Source of the DNA: Candidatus Eiseniibacteriota bacterium
GTDB taxonomy: Bacteria; Eisenbacteria; RBG-16-71-46
DNA: 64,000 bases
Direction: 5' to 3'
NCBI GenBank assembly: GCA_963717935.1
Contig: CAVQXP010000002.1
Span: 288,001 to 352,000, forward strand
Numbering within the stretch: the first letter of the stretch is position 1; each line of letters begins with the position of its first letter. Positions 19,046 through 29,052 of this stretch are shown here, piece by piece. Under the pieces are notes generated by a model. That model was not told where the DNA came from. It was given only the letters and a program-made list of their open reading frames with translations, and ran no database searches. The position numbers and the translations under genes were made by a program.

Positions 19046-20523
19046 CCCTGCGTGCCCTGCTCCAGGCGATGGACGCTCCCCGCTTCGCAGGCGACGAGGG
19101 GGTGGAGGTGAGCGGTCTCGCCTCCGACTCGCGCCGGGTGCGGCCCGGCGACCTCTTCTTCGCCCTCGCGGGCCTGCGCCAGGACGGGCAGGCCTTCGTG
19201 CGTCAGGCCCTCGCCTCGGGCGCCGTGGCGGCCGTGGTGGACCACGACGCGCCGGCGGCGGAGGGGCCGCTCGTGCGCGTGGCCGAGCCGCGCCGGGCGC
19301 TGGCCGAGGCGGCGACGATGTTCCACGGCCAGCCCGCGCGTGCGCTGCGGGCCGTGGGCATCACGGGCACCAACGGCAAGACCACGACGACCTACCTGCT
19401 CGAGTCGGTCTTCCGCGCCGCCGGCTGGCGGCCGGGAGTGCTGGGCACGACCGGCGCCCGCCTCGACGGCGCCACGCGCCCGCTCGGCTACACCACGCCC
19501 GAGGCCAACGAGTTGCAGGCGCTCTTGCGCGAGATGGCGGACGCCGGCGTGCAGGCCGTGGCGCTCGAACTGAGCAGCCATGCCCTGGTGCAGCGCCGGG
19601 GCTACGGGCTCGACCTCGACGTGGCGGTGTTCACGAACCTGAGCCACGACCACCTCGACTACCACGGCACTCTCGAGGCCTACCTCGACGCCAAGCTCAT
19701 GCTGTTCGACGGCCGTAACGCCTCGCGCCCCGCCAAGTCCACGACCGCGGTGGTGAACGCCGACGACCCGGTGGCGGAGAGCGTCGTGGCTGCGGCCCGG
19801 CGCGGTGGCATGAAGGTGCTGCGCTTCGGCGCCTCGGCGGGGACGGACGTGCGCATCGCGCACGTCGAGGCCGCGGCCGACGGGCTCGTGGTCGAGTTCG
19901 TGGCCGGGACCGTGGCCGAGGTGCGGCTGCCGCTGCTGGGGCGCTACAACGCCTGGAACGCCGCCGGCGCGTTCGCTGCGGCGCTTGCGCTGGGCGTGGC
20001 GCCTGCACGCGCTGCGGCGGGCCTCGCGGCCGTCGAGGGTGTGCCCGGGCGGCTGGAGCGCGTCGCCACGGCCCGGCTCTTCGAGGTGGTCGTGGACTAT
20101 GCGCACACGCCGGACGCGCTGGAGCGCTCGCTGGCGGCCATGCGCGAGCACGCCCGTGGGCGGGTGCTCCTGGTCTTCGGCTGCGGCGGCGAGCGCGACC
20201 GGGCGAAGCGTCCGGTGATGGGCCGCGTCGCGCGTGCGGGCGCGGACGAGGTGTGGGTGACCAGCGACAACCCACGCGGCGAGGACCCGGCGGCGATCGC
20301 GGGTGAGATCCTGGCGGGGGCGGGTGGCGCCGGTGGCCCGGTGCACCTCGAACTCGATCGCCGGGCGGCCATCGCCCGGGCGCTCGCGGCCGCACGCCCC
20401 GGGGACGCGGTGCTGATCGCGGGCAAGGGACACGAGACCACGCAGACCCTTGGAGAGCGGGTGCTGCCGTTCGACGACCGCGAGGTGGCGCGTGGGCTGC
20501 TGCGCGAGGGAGACCGGGGATGA
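19042..20523 (+). CDS. murE: UDP-MurNAc-tripeptide synthetase MurE (meso-DAP type)
   Basis: GITGTNGKTTT, TTPEA, HDHLDYH, DYAHTPD, FGCGGERD, SDNPR, AGKGHE. Confidence 0.95.
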   Translation: MTLRALLQAMDAPRFAGDEGVEVSGLASDSRRVRPGDLFFALAGLRQDGQAFVRQALASGAVAAVVDHDAPAAEGPLVRVAEPRRALAEAATMFHGQPARALRAVGITGTNGKTTTTYLLESVFRAAGWRPGVLGTTGARLDGATRPLGYTTPEANELQALLREMADAGVQAVALELSSHALVQRRGYGLDLDVAVFTNLSHDHLDYHGTLEAYLDAKLMLFDGRNASRPAKSTTAVVNADDPVAESVVAAARRGGMKVLRFGASAGTDVRIAHVEAAADGLVVEFVAGTVAEVRLPLLGRYNAWNAAGAFAAALALGVAPARAAAGLAAVEGVPGRLERVATARLFEVVVDYAHTPDALERSLAAMREHARGRVLLVFGCGGERDRAKRPVMGRVARAGADEVWVTSDNPRGEDPAAIAGEILAGAGGAGGPVHLELDRRAAIARALAAARPGDAVLIAGKGHETTQTLGERVLPFDDREVARGLLREGDRG

Positions 20524-21944
20524 TCGCGACCGCCCCCGCCGCTCTCACGCTCACGCGGATCGCCCAGCTGGCGGGTGGCGACCTCGTGGTGCGCGAGGTG
20601 CCCGCCGGGCCGACCGCGCGCGAGGCCTTCCTTGCCACCGGTGTGGAGGGGGCGAGCCTGGACACGCGCACGCTCCGGCCCGGGATGCTCTTCGTGCCGT
20701 TGCCGGGCGGCCGCACCGACGGACACGACTTCCTCGAAGAGGCCTTCCGCCGCGGCGCCGCCGCGGCTCTCTGTGCGCGTGAGCGCCACGAGGTCTGGCG
20801 GGGCCGCGAGCCGGGGCCGCTCGTGGTGGTCGAGGACGTCACCGCGGGGCTCGCGCGCCTCGCGCACGGCCACCGCCTCGGCTGGCATGGTCTGCTGCTG
20901 TGCGTGACCGGCAGCGCGGGCAAGACCACGACGCGCGAGCTGGTGGCCGCGGCACTCACCGCGGCGGGCCCCGGGCTGCGCAGCGAAGGGAACTTCAACA
21001 ATCACTGGGGCGTGCCCCTCACGCTGCTGAGGCTCAGGCCGGAGCATCGCACGGCGGTGGTGGAGATCGGCTCGAACCACCCGGGGGAGATCGCCGCCCT
21101 GGCGGCTCTCGCGGCGCCCGGCGCGGGGATCATCACGAACGCGGGCAGCGCCCATCTGGAGGGCTTCGGCACGCTCGACGCCGTGGCGCGCGAGAAGGCG
21201 AGCCTGGGCTTTGCGCTCGAGGCCGGCCAACCCCTGTTCGCGGGCGCGGACTCGCCCCGGCTGCTGCGCGCGCTGGCGGGCGTGAAGGCGCGGGTGATCC
21301 GCTATGGACTGGCCCGGTCGGCCGCCGTGCGCCCCGAGCGCGTGACGGACCTGGGGCCCGACGGGAGCCGCATCGAGGTCGCGGGCTTCCCGCCGCTCCA
21401 CTTGCGGCTCGTGGGCGGGCACCAGGTGCCGAACGCGCTCGCCGCGCTGGCCGTGGCGCGCGAGTCGAGGCTCGATCCCGCGACGGTGGTCGCCGCGCTC
21501 GAACAGGTCCGCGGGACGAAGGGGCGGATGGAGCTGCGGCGGGTGAAGGGCGCCGTGCTGCTGGTGGACTGCTACAACGCGAACCCCGACTCGACGCGCG
21601 CCGCGCTCGCGACGCTCGCCGGGTGGCCGGGGGCGCGTCGGCGCATCGCGGTGCTCGGCGACATGCTCGAACTGGGCCCACGCGCCGCGGCGCTCCACCG
21701 GGAGACCGGCACGCGCGTGCGCGACGCCGAGTTGTGGGTGGTCGGGGCGCACGCGGCCGACTACGCGGCCGGGGCGCGCCGGGCCGGCGCGTGCGTGCGG
21801 TGCTTCGACGGGAAGCCCGCTCTGGGCGCGGCCCTGGACGCGGTCCTGGACGCGGGCGTGGTCGTGCTGCTCAAGGCCTCGCGCGGGGCGGCGCTCGAAG
21901 AGGTCCTGGAGGGCCTGGGAGCGGGCCCGGGGGAGGAAGGCTGA
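20520..21944 (+). CDS. murF: UDP-MurNAc-pentapeptide synthetase MurF
   Basis: VTGSAGKTTT, NFNNHWGVPLTL, DCYNANPDS, VLGDMLELG, LKASRG. Confidence 0.95.
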   Translation: MIATAPAALTLTRIAQLAGGDLVVREVPAGPTAREAFLATGVEGASLDTRTLRPGMLFVPLPGGRTDGHDFLEEAFRRGAAAALCARERHEVWRGREPGPLVVVEDVTAGLARLAHGHRLGWHGLLLCVTGSAGKTTTRELVAAALTAAGPGLRSEGNFNNHWGVPLTLLRLRPEHRTAVVEIGSNHPGEIAALAALAAPGAGIITNAGSAHLEGFGTLDAVAREKASLGFALEAGQPLFAGADSPRLLRALAGVKARVIRYGLARSAAVRPERVTDLGPDGSRIEVAGFPPLHLRLVGGHQVPNALAALAVARESRLDPATVVAALEQVRGTKGRMELRRVKGAVLLVDCYNANPDSTRAALATLAGWPGARRRIAVLGDMLELGPRAAALHRETGTRVRDAELWVVGAHAADYAAGARRAGACVRCFDGKPALGAALDAVLDAGVVVLLKASRGAALEEVLEGLGAGPGEEG

Positions 21945-23035
21945 TGTTCTACGAATGGATCTACCCCCTTCACAGCGTTCCCGGGCTCTCGATCCTGAAC
22001 GTCTTCCGGTACATCACCCTGCGCAGTGCCTACGCGGCGGTCACGGCGCTGCTCCTGTGCTACCTGCTCGGCCCGGTCATGATCACCTGGTTGCGGCGCG
22101 TGAAGCTGGGGCAGAGGATCCGCGCCGAGGGACCGCAGGCGCATCTGGCAAAGGCCGGCACGCCCACCATGGGTGGCCTGCTCATCGTCACCTCCATCGT
22201 GGTGCCCACGCTGTTGTGGGGGAACTTCCACTCGCGCCCGCTGTGGCTGGCCCTGCTCGCCACGGTGTGGCTGGGCGCGCTGGGCTTCCTCGACGACTAC
22301 CTGCGGGTGGTGAAGGGCTATCCCAAGGGCCTGCTCGGCCGCTACAAGCTCGCGGGCCAGATCCTGCTCGGCGCTCTCGTCGGCATCGCGCTCGTCGTGT
22401 GGCCCGAGCCGGGGCTCTCGTCGACGACCATCCACATCCCGTTCCTCAAGTACCGATACCTGGACTTCGGGCTGCTCTTCATCCCCTTCGTCATCCTGGT
22501 CATCACCGCCTCCTCGAACGCCGTGAACCTGACCGACGGCCTCGACGGCCTCGCCACGGGCCTGGTGGCCATCGCCGCACTGACGTTCGCCGGCATGTGC
22601 TACATCAGTGGTCACGCGAAGATCAGCGCCTACCTCAACCTCACGACTCTGCCGTACAGTGGGGAACTGACGGTCTTCTGCGCTGCGGTGCTGGGGGCGG
22701 CCCTGGGCTTCCTCTGGTACAACTGCCATCCGGCCGACGTGTTCATGGGCGACACCGGGTCGCTCGCCCTCGGCGGAGCGCTCGGGGTCGTGGCCGTGCT
22801 CATCAAGCGCGAGTTCTGGCTGGTGCTGGTGGGAGGGGTGTTCGTGATGGAGGCGCTCTCGGTGATGATCCAGGTGGCCTCATTCAAGTTCCTGGGGAGG
22901 CGCGTGTTCCGCATGGCGCCGCTCCACCACCATTTCGAGCTCATGGGCTGGCCCGAGTCCCGCGTGGTGCTGCGCTTCTACATCGTGGGCGTGCTCCTGG
23001 CCCTGCTCTCGCTCTCGACCTTCAAGCTGCAATGA
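21944..23035 (+). CDS. mraY: Phospho-MurNAc-pentapeptide transferase MraY
   Basis: KAGTPTMGG, GFLDDY, NAVNLTDGLDGL, FMGDTGS, MAPLHHHFE. Confidence 0.96.
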   Translation: MFYEWIYPLHSVPGLSILNVFRYITLRSAYAAVTALLLCYLLGPVMITWLRRVKLGQRIRAEGPQAHLAKAGTPTMGGLLIVTSIVVPTLLWGNFHSRPLWLALLATVWLGALGFLDDYLRVVKGYPKGLLGRYKLAGQILLGALVGIALVVWPEPGLSSTTIHIPFLKYRYLDFGLLFIPFVILVITASSNAVNLTDGLDGLATGLVAIAALTFAGMCYISGHAKISAYLNLTTLPYSGELTVFCAAVLGAALGFLWYNCHPADVFMGDTGSLALGGALGVVAVLIKREFWLVLVGGVFVMEALSVMIQVASFKFLGRRVFRMAPLHHHFELMGWPESRVVLRFYIVGVLLALLSLSTFKLQ

Positions 23036-24426
23036 CCATCGACGCCCGCCATCCGCTTCCCGGCCTGCGGCCCCTGGTGATGGGGGCGGCTCGCTCGGGT
23101 CTCGCCGCCGCCCGGCTGCTCGCGCGGCACGGGCTCGACGTGCGCCTGGCCGACGCGAGACTGGCCGGTTCCGACGGCGGGCAGCACGGACGCGAGCTCT
23201 CGCGCCAGGGCGTGTGCGCCAGCTGGGACGCGGACGATCCACGCGCCCTCGACGGGCGCGATTTCGTGGTCTGGAGCCCGGGTATCCCGATCACCCACCC
23301 GGTGGCCACGGCGGCGCGTGCGGCGGGCCTGCCGCTGCTCTCCGAACTCGAGCTCGGCTACCTGGCGGCCCATGCGCCGTTCCTGTGCGTGACCGGCACC
23401 AACGGCAAGAGCACCACCACGCACCTGGCGGGCGCGCTGCTGCGCGGAGCCGGCCGGCACGTGGAGGTGTGCGGGAACATCGGCCGTGCGCTGTGCGAGG
23501 TCGCCGAGAGCGTGCCGCCCACGGGGCTGCTCGTGGTCGAGGTCTCCTCCTTCCAGCTCGAGACCGTGGACCGCCTCAAGCCCTTCGTCGCCACGTGGCT
23601 CAACCTGACCCCGGACCATCTCGACCGGCACGGGGACTTCGATGCCTACGGGGCGGCGAAGCAACGCCTGTTCGCGCGCCAGGACGAGGCCGACTACGCC
23701 GTCTGGAACGCCGACGACCCCGAAGTGGTGAGGCGCCGCTCGGGTGACGCCACCTGGCTCGAGTTCTCCGCCAGGCGCGCGGTGGAGGACGGGGCCGCGG
23801 TCGTGGACGGGCGCATCCGGCTCGGCTGGCGCGGCGGGGTCGAGGACGTGATGGAGACGCGCGAGATCGGGCTGCGCGGGGCGCACAACGTGCTGAACGC
23901 GCTGGCCGCGGTCACCACGGTGATGCCGCTCGAGCCGGCGCCCGACGCCCTGCGCGCCGTGCTGCGCGAATACGGTGGCCTCGAGCACCGGCTCGAGCCG
24001 GTGGCGACGGTGGCGGGCGTGGCCTTCGTGAACGACTCCAAGGCCACCAACGTGAACTCGCTCGAGGTCGCGCTCCTGAGCTTCGAGAGCCCGATCGTGC
24101 TGATCGCCGGTGGCCGCGACAAGGGACAGGACTTTGCGCCGCTGGACGCGCTGGTGCGCGAGCGCACGCTGGCCGTGGTGCTGATCGGCGAGGGCGCGGA
24201 CCGCATGGCCGCTCACTGGGCCGACGCGCGTCTGCTCCGCGCGGACTCGCTCACCGCGGCCGTGGACCTGGCCTACGTGACCGCGCGGAGCGCCCCGGGC
24301 GGCCCCGCGCCCGTGCTGTTCTCGCCGGGTTGCGCCTCCTTCGACATGTTCGCCGACTTCGAGGACCGCGGACGCCGTTTCAAGGCCGAGGTGTCGCGCC
24401 TGGCGGTGCGGGAGGGGGGCGCGTGA
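23032..24426 (+). CDS. murD: MurD ligase
   Basis: SPGIP, VTGTNGKSTT, EVSSFQL, PDHLDRH, NDSKATN, SPGCASFD. Confidence 0.95.
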   Translation: MTIDARHPLPGLRPLVMGAARSGLAAARLLARHGLDVRLADARLAGSDGGQHGRELSRQGVCASWDADDPRALDGRDFVVWSPGIPITHPVATAARAAGLPLLSELELGYLAAHAPFLCVTGTNGKSTTTHLAGALLRGAGRHVEVCGNIGRALCEVAESVPPTGLLVVEVSSFQLETVDRLKPFVATWLNLTPDHLDRHGDFDAYGAAKQRLFARQDEADYAVWNADDPEVVRRRSGDATWLEFSARRAVEDGAAVVDGRIRLGWRGGVEDVMETREIGLRGAHNVLNALAAVTTVMPLEPAPDALRAVLREYGGLEHRLEPVATVAGVAFVNDSKATNVNSLEVALLSFESPIVLIAGGRDKGQDFAPLDALVRERTLAVVLIGEGADRMAAHWADARLLRADSLTAAVDLAYVTARSAPGGPAPVLFSPGCASFDMFADFEDRGRRFKAEVSRLAVREGGA

Positions 24427-25562
24427 ACCGCGGAGATCGCTGGCTGATCGTGCTCCCGCTGCTGCTCACGGCGCTGGGCGTCATCATGGTCTACTCCTCG
24501 AGCGCGATCCTGGGCATCACGCGCTACCAGGATCCGAATCACTTCTTCGCGCGGCAGGCACTGCGCGCCGGGCTGGGCGTGCTCGTGCTGCTGCTGTGCG
24601 CCACGCAGGTGGATCTGAAGAGGCTCGAGCGCGCCGTGCCGGTGCTGTTCGGCGCGGGGCTCGCCCTGCTGCTCGCCGTGTTCGTGATGGGCCACGTCTC
24701 GAACGGCGCAACGCGCTGGCTGCGCTACGGCTTCCTGAGCGTCCAGCCCACCGACGTGGGGCGCCTCGCGACCGTGATGTTCCTGGCCTGGTGGCTCAAG
24801 CGGAACCCGCCCGCGGAGCGCGGCTTCGTGCGCGGCCTGCTGCCGCCGCTCGGCTTCGTGGGCGCGGCCGCCGGACTCGTCCTGCTGCAGCCGAACCTGA
24901 GCAGCGCGGGACTCCTGGGTGTCACCGGCTTCCTCATGCTCTTCCTGGCGGACGCGCCGCTCCTGCACCTGGCCGTGCCGGTCACGGCGGGCCTGGTGAC
25001 CGGTGTGGCGATGATCAAGACGCATCCATACCAGATGCAGCGCGTCGCCACGTTCGTACATTTCGTCTTCACCGGGGCCCTCGATCAGCGCGGGTCGGGC
25101 TGGCAGCTCGACCAGTCGCTCATCGCGATCGGTTCCGGAGGCTGGTTCGGCCGTGGCCTGGGCGGGGGGTTGCAGAAGTACCTCTTCCTGCCCGAGGCCC
25201 ATACCGACTTCATCTTCTCCATCCTGGCGGAGGAACTGGGGTTCATCGGCACGAGCGCGCTGTTCGTGTTGCTGGCGCTGCTGCTGTGGCGCTGCATGCG
25301 CGTCGTGGCGCGCGCCGCCGACCCGTTCCACTTCCTGCTGGCCGGAGGACTCACCTTGCAGATCGGACTCTACGCACTCGCGAATCTGGCCGTGGCCACG
25401 GGCCTCGCGCCCACCACCGGATTGCCGCTGCCGTTCGTCTCCTACGGTGGCACGGCTCTGCTGGCCAACCTGGCGGCGGCCGGGCTGCTGTACCGCATCA
25501 GTGCCGTCAACGCCTCCACCGACGCTCTCGTGCGCCAGCGCTGGTCGGGAGGCCGCCCATGA
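24423..25562 (+). CDS. ftsW: Peptidoglycan polymerase FtsW
   Basis: MVYSSS, GATRW, LLQPNL, FLPEAHTDFIF, PTTGLPLPFVSYGG. Confidence 0.94.
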   Translation: MNRGDRWLIVLPLLLTALGVIMVYSSSAILGITRYQDPNHFFARQALRAGLGVLVLLLCATQVDLKRLERAVPVLFGAGLALLLAVFVMGHVSNGATRWLRYGFLSVQPTDVGRLATVMFLAWWLKRNPPAERGFVRGLLPPLGFVGAAAGLVLLQPNLSSAGLLGVTGFLMLFLADAPLLHLAVPVTAGLVTGVAMIKTHPYQMQRVATFVHFVFTGALDQRGSGWQLDQSLIAIGSGGWFGRGLGGGLQKYLFLPEAHTDFIFSILAEELGFIGTSALFVLLALLLWRCMRVVARAADPFHFLLAGGLTLQIGLYALANLAVATGLAPTTGLPLPFVSYGGTALLANLAAAGLLYRISAVNASTDALVRQRWSGGRP

Positions 25563-26698
25563 AGGTGCTCATCGCCGGCGGTGGCACGGGCGGGCACGTG
25601 TACCCGGGCATTGCGGTGGCCGAGGAACTCGTCCGCACCCGCAAGGACGCGCAGGTGGTGTTCGTGGGCACGCGGCGCGGCATCGAGTCGCAGGCGGTGC
25701 CCGAAGCTGGCTTCCGCATCCGCTTCACCTGGAGCCGGGGGTTGCCGCGGCGCGCCTGGTGGCGCTGGCCCGCGTCGGTGTTCAGCAACCTGGTGGGTTT
25801 CTGCCAGGCGACCTGGATCGTGTTGCAGGAGAAGCCCGACGTGGTGCTGGGCACGGGCGGCTACGTGAGCGGGCCGGTGACGCTGGCCGCGTGGTTGCTG
25901 AGGCGGCCCATCGTGCTGCAGGAGCAGAACAGCATCCCCGGGCTCGCCAACCGCTGGCTCGCGCAGATCGCCGACGAGGTCCACCTCTCGTTCGTGGAGG
26001 CGCGCTCGTACTTCCGGCGCCGCGACCACCTGAAGGTCACCGGCAATCCGATCCGCAACCACATCCTGAGTGGCGACCGGGGCACCGCGCTGCAGGAGTT
26101 CGGCCTCACGGTGGGTCCCCCGACCGTGTTCGTGTTCGGCGGCAGCCGCGGGGCGCACCGCATCAACGAGGCGGCCCTCGAGGCCATGCGCCGTCTGAAG
26201 GGCCGCGTGAACGTGCAGTTCATCCTGCAGACCGGACGCGAGGACTTCGACTGGGCGCGGGACGTGGTCGAGGCAGAACAGCTGCCGGCCAAGGTCGTGC
26301 CCTACCTGCGCCGCATCCACCAGGCCTACGCGGCAGCCGACCTGGTGGTGTGCCGCTCGGGGGCCATGACGCTGGCCGAGATCGCGGCCTGCGGCACGCC
26401 ATCCATCCTGGTGCCCTACCCGCACGCGGCGCACGACCACCAGGCGGTCAATGCGGGCAACCTGGTGGACCGCGGGGCCGCGGCCATGATTCCCGACCGC
26501 GAGCTCACCGGCGAGCGCCTGGCCCAGGAGATCGCCCACTGGCTCGCCGACCGCCAGGCGCTCTCGCGCATGTCGGCCAACGCGCGCACCTTCGCCCGCC
26601 CCGATGCGGCCGAGCGCATCGTGAGGAGCCTCGAACGCTGGTCCCGGGGCCGTGCCGTCGCGCGGGATCCCGCTCCGTTCGAAGAGCGGGGGGATTGA
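25559..26698 (+). CDS. murG: Lipid II GlcNAc transferase MurG
   Basis: GGGTGGHVYP, GTGGYVS, EQNSIPG, GGSRGA, RSGAMT. Confidence 0.95.
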   Translation: MKVLIAGGGTGGHVYPGIAVAEELVRTRKDAQVVFVGTRRGIESQAVPEAGFRIRFTWSRGLPRRAWWRWPASVFSNLVGFCQATWIVLQEKPDVVLGTGGYVSGPVTLAAWLLRRPIVLQEQNSIPGLANRWLAQIADEVHLSFVEARSYFRRRDHLKVTGNPIRNHILSGDRGTALQEFGLTVGPPTVFVFGGSRGAHRINEAALEAMRRLKGRVNVQFILQTGREDFDWARDVVEAEQLPAKVVPYLRRIHQAYAAADLVVCRSGAMTLAEIAACGTPSILVPYPHAAHDHQAVNAGNLVDRGAAAMIPDRELTGERLAQEIAHWLADRQALSRMSANARTFARPDAAERIVRSLERWSRGRAVARDPAPFEERGD

Positions 26699-28080
26699 TG
26701 TACGGGCGCACGCACCGTATCCACTTCGTGGGTGTCGGCGGGGTCGGGATGTGCGGTATTGCCGAGGTGCTGCTGAATCTCGGCTACCAGGTCTCGGGCA
26801 GCGACCTGCGCTCCGGCGAAGCCACGGAGCGACTCGCCGGACTGGGAGGACGCATCTTCCAGGGGCACGCGGCTGTGAACGTCGAGGGCGCGCAGGTGGT
26901 CGTCTACTCGACCGCGGTCAGACCCGACAACCCCGAGGTGATGGCCGCGCACGCGCAGGGCATCCCGGTCATCCCACGCGCCGACATGCTGGCCGAGCTC
27001 ATGCGCATGAAGTACGGCATCGCGGTGGCGGGTTCGCACGGCAAGACCACCACGACCTCGCTCGTCGCCGCGGTGCTGGCGCGCGGCGGACTCGACCCGA
27101 CCATCGTGGTGGGCGGGCGGCTGCAGTCCACCGGCTCGAACGCCCGGCTGGGCCACGGGCAGTTCCTGGTGGCGGAGGCCGACGAGAGCGATGGCTCCTT
27201 CCTGCGGCTCTCGCCGGCGGTCTCGGTGGTCACCAACATCGACCGCGAGCACCTCGACCACTACGGCTCGCTCGAGGAGCTGCGGCAGGCCTTCATCTAC
27301 TTCGCGAACCGGGTGCCCTTCTACGGCGTGAGCATCCTGTGCGCCGACGACCCGCAGGTGCGCGGCATCCTGCCGCAGGTCGCCAAGCGCCATCTGCTCT
27401 ATGGCACCGCGCCCGATGCGGCGCTGCGCGCGGAGGACGTGCGTCTGGACGCTCAGGGCGCGAGCTTCCGCGTGATCTCGGACGGCCAGGAGCTGGGCAC
27501 GGTGCGCCTGGCGCTGCCGGGGCTCCACAACGTGTTGAACGCGCTCGCAGCGGTGGCCGTGGGGCTCGAACTCGAGGTGGCCTTCAGCCACATCGCCGAG
27601 GCGCTCGGGACCTTCCACGGTGTGGGCCGCCGCTTCGAGACCCGCGGCGAGGTGCGTGGCGTGAAGGTCGTGGACGACTACGGCCACCATCCCACCGAGA
27701 TCGCGGCCACGCTGGCGGCCGCGCGCACGCTGGGCCGGCGTGTGCTGGTGCTGTTCCAGCCGCACCGCTACACGCGCACCGCGCTCCTGCACCGCGAGTT
27801 CGGGGCCTGCTTCGGTGACGCCGACAAGGTCTGGGTGCTGGATATCTACCCGGCGGGGGAGAGTTCGGTGCCGGGGGTGACGGCCCGCACCATCGTCCAG
27901 AGTGCCGAAGCGGTGGGGCAGAAGCAGCTGGTCCACATCGGTGACGCCCGCGCGGCGGTCGAAGCCGTGGCGCGCGAGGCGCGCCCGGGCGACCTGGTGC
28001 TCACGCTCGGTGCGGGCGACGTGGGGAAGCTCGGCGACCAGCTGCTGGCGAAGCTGCGTGGCATGCAGGGGGGGCGCTGA
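26698..28080 (+). CDS. murC: MurC ligase
   Basis: HFVGVGGVGM, AGSHGKTTT, EADESDGSF, DDYGHHPTE, FQPHRYTRT. Confidence 0.96.
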   Translation: MYGRTHRIHFVGVGGVGMCGIAEVLLNLGYQVSGSDLRSGEATERLAGLGGRIFQGHAAVNVEGAQVVVYSTAVRPDNPEVMAAHAQGIPVIPRADMLAELMRMKYGIAVAGSHGKTTTTSLVAAVLARGGLDPTIVVGGRLQSTGSNARLGHGQFLVAEADESDGSFLRLSPAVSVVTNIDREHLDHYGSLEELRQAFIYFANRVPFYGVSILCADDPQVRGILPQVAKRHLLYGTAPDAALRAEDVRLDAQGASFRVISDGQELGTVRLALPGLHNVLNALAAVAVGLELEVAFSHIAEALGTFHGVGRRFETRGEVRGVKVVDDYGHHPTEIAATLAAARTLGRRVLVLFQPHRYTRTALLHREFGACFGDADKVWVLDIYPAGESSVPGVTARTIVQSAEAVGQKQLVHIGDARAAVEAVAREARPGDLVLTLGAGDVGKLGDQLLAKLRGMQGGR

Positions 28081-29015
28081 TGGGCCTGTACCAGGGACGC
28101 GCGCTGGAGCGCGGGTCACGGTCGGACGTCGGTCCGGGCGTCCGGCGCGGCGTCCGACGCATGCCGGGCTACCGCTGGAACCAGCGGCCGCGGGTGCTGC
28201 GGCCCGTGCGCCTCGCGCTCGCGTTCGCCGGGATCGTGGTCCTCGCGCTGGTGGCCGCGCGCCTGCCCTGGCGCCAGTTGCGCGAGCGCTTGGCCGTGGT
28301 GCAGGAAGTGCGGATCGAGGGTGCGCTCTACCTGGATGCCGCGCACGTGGGGGAGGTCGCCGGCCTGCACGCGGGCGACGACCTCATCGCCCTCGACCTC
28401 GAGCGCGCGCGCCAGGCTCTGCTGCTCGACCCGCGCATCTCCCGGGCCGAGGTGACGCGGGCCTGGCTTCGTGACGTGCGCGTGCGAATCGTGGAGCGCG
28501 AGCCCGTGCTGCTGGTGACGCACGGCGTGCCGTGGGAGGTGGACTCGGCCGGCGTGCTGCTGCAGCCGCTGGTGCGGGGCGTGACCGCCGACGTGCCGCT
28601 CCTCACGGGGCCGGACTTCTCCCGGCTGCGGGCGGGCACGCAGGTGCTCACGCCCGAGGTGCGGCGCGGGCTGGCGTGGGTGCGGGCGCTCGCGGTGCGC
28701 GACCTGCAACTGGCGGGCGAGGTGTCCGAGCTGGACGTGTCCGATCCGCTCGCCACGGGCGTCCTGCTCGAGAACGGCACGCGCGTGCTGGCACCCGCCT
28801 GGCCGCCGGGCGCTCGCGCGCTGTCGGCCCTGCGGGTGGTGCTGGCGGACCTGCAGCGTCGTGGTGTGCTGGCGGGCGAGGTGGACCTGCGCTTTGAGAA
28901 CCAGGTGGTGGTGAGACGGGTGGGCGCGCCCGGATCCGCGCCGGGGCGCCTGCTCGACCAGGCAGGTGCCGGAGCCGCAGGCGCGGACCCGGACGGGGAC
29001 CACCGCAGCGGATAG
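28080..29015 (+). CDS. ftsQ: Cell division protein FtsQ/DivIB
   Basis: TM + POTRA (VRIEGA...VRIVEREP), C-terminal VDLRFENQVVV; precedes ftsA. Confidence 0.85.
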   Translation: MGLYQGRALERGSRSDVGPGVRRGVRRMPGYRWNQRPRVLRPVRLALAFAGIVVLALVAARLPWRQLRERLAVVQEVRIEGALYLDAAHVGEVAGLHAGDDLIALDLERARQALLLDPRISRAEVTRAWLRDVRVRIVEREPVLLVTHGVPWEVDSAGVLLQPLVRGVTADVPLLTGPDFSRLRAGTQVLTPEVRRGLAWVRALAVRDLQLAGEVSELDVSDPLATGVLLENGTRVLAPAWPPGARALSALRVVLADLQRRGVLAGEVDLRFENQVVVRRVGAPGSAPGRLLDQAGAGAAGADPDGDHRSG

Positions 29016-29052
29016 CGGATCGCGGTACTCCAAGGAGGGGGTGAGCGGCACC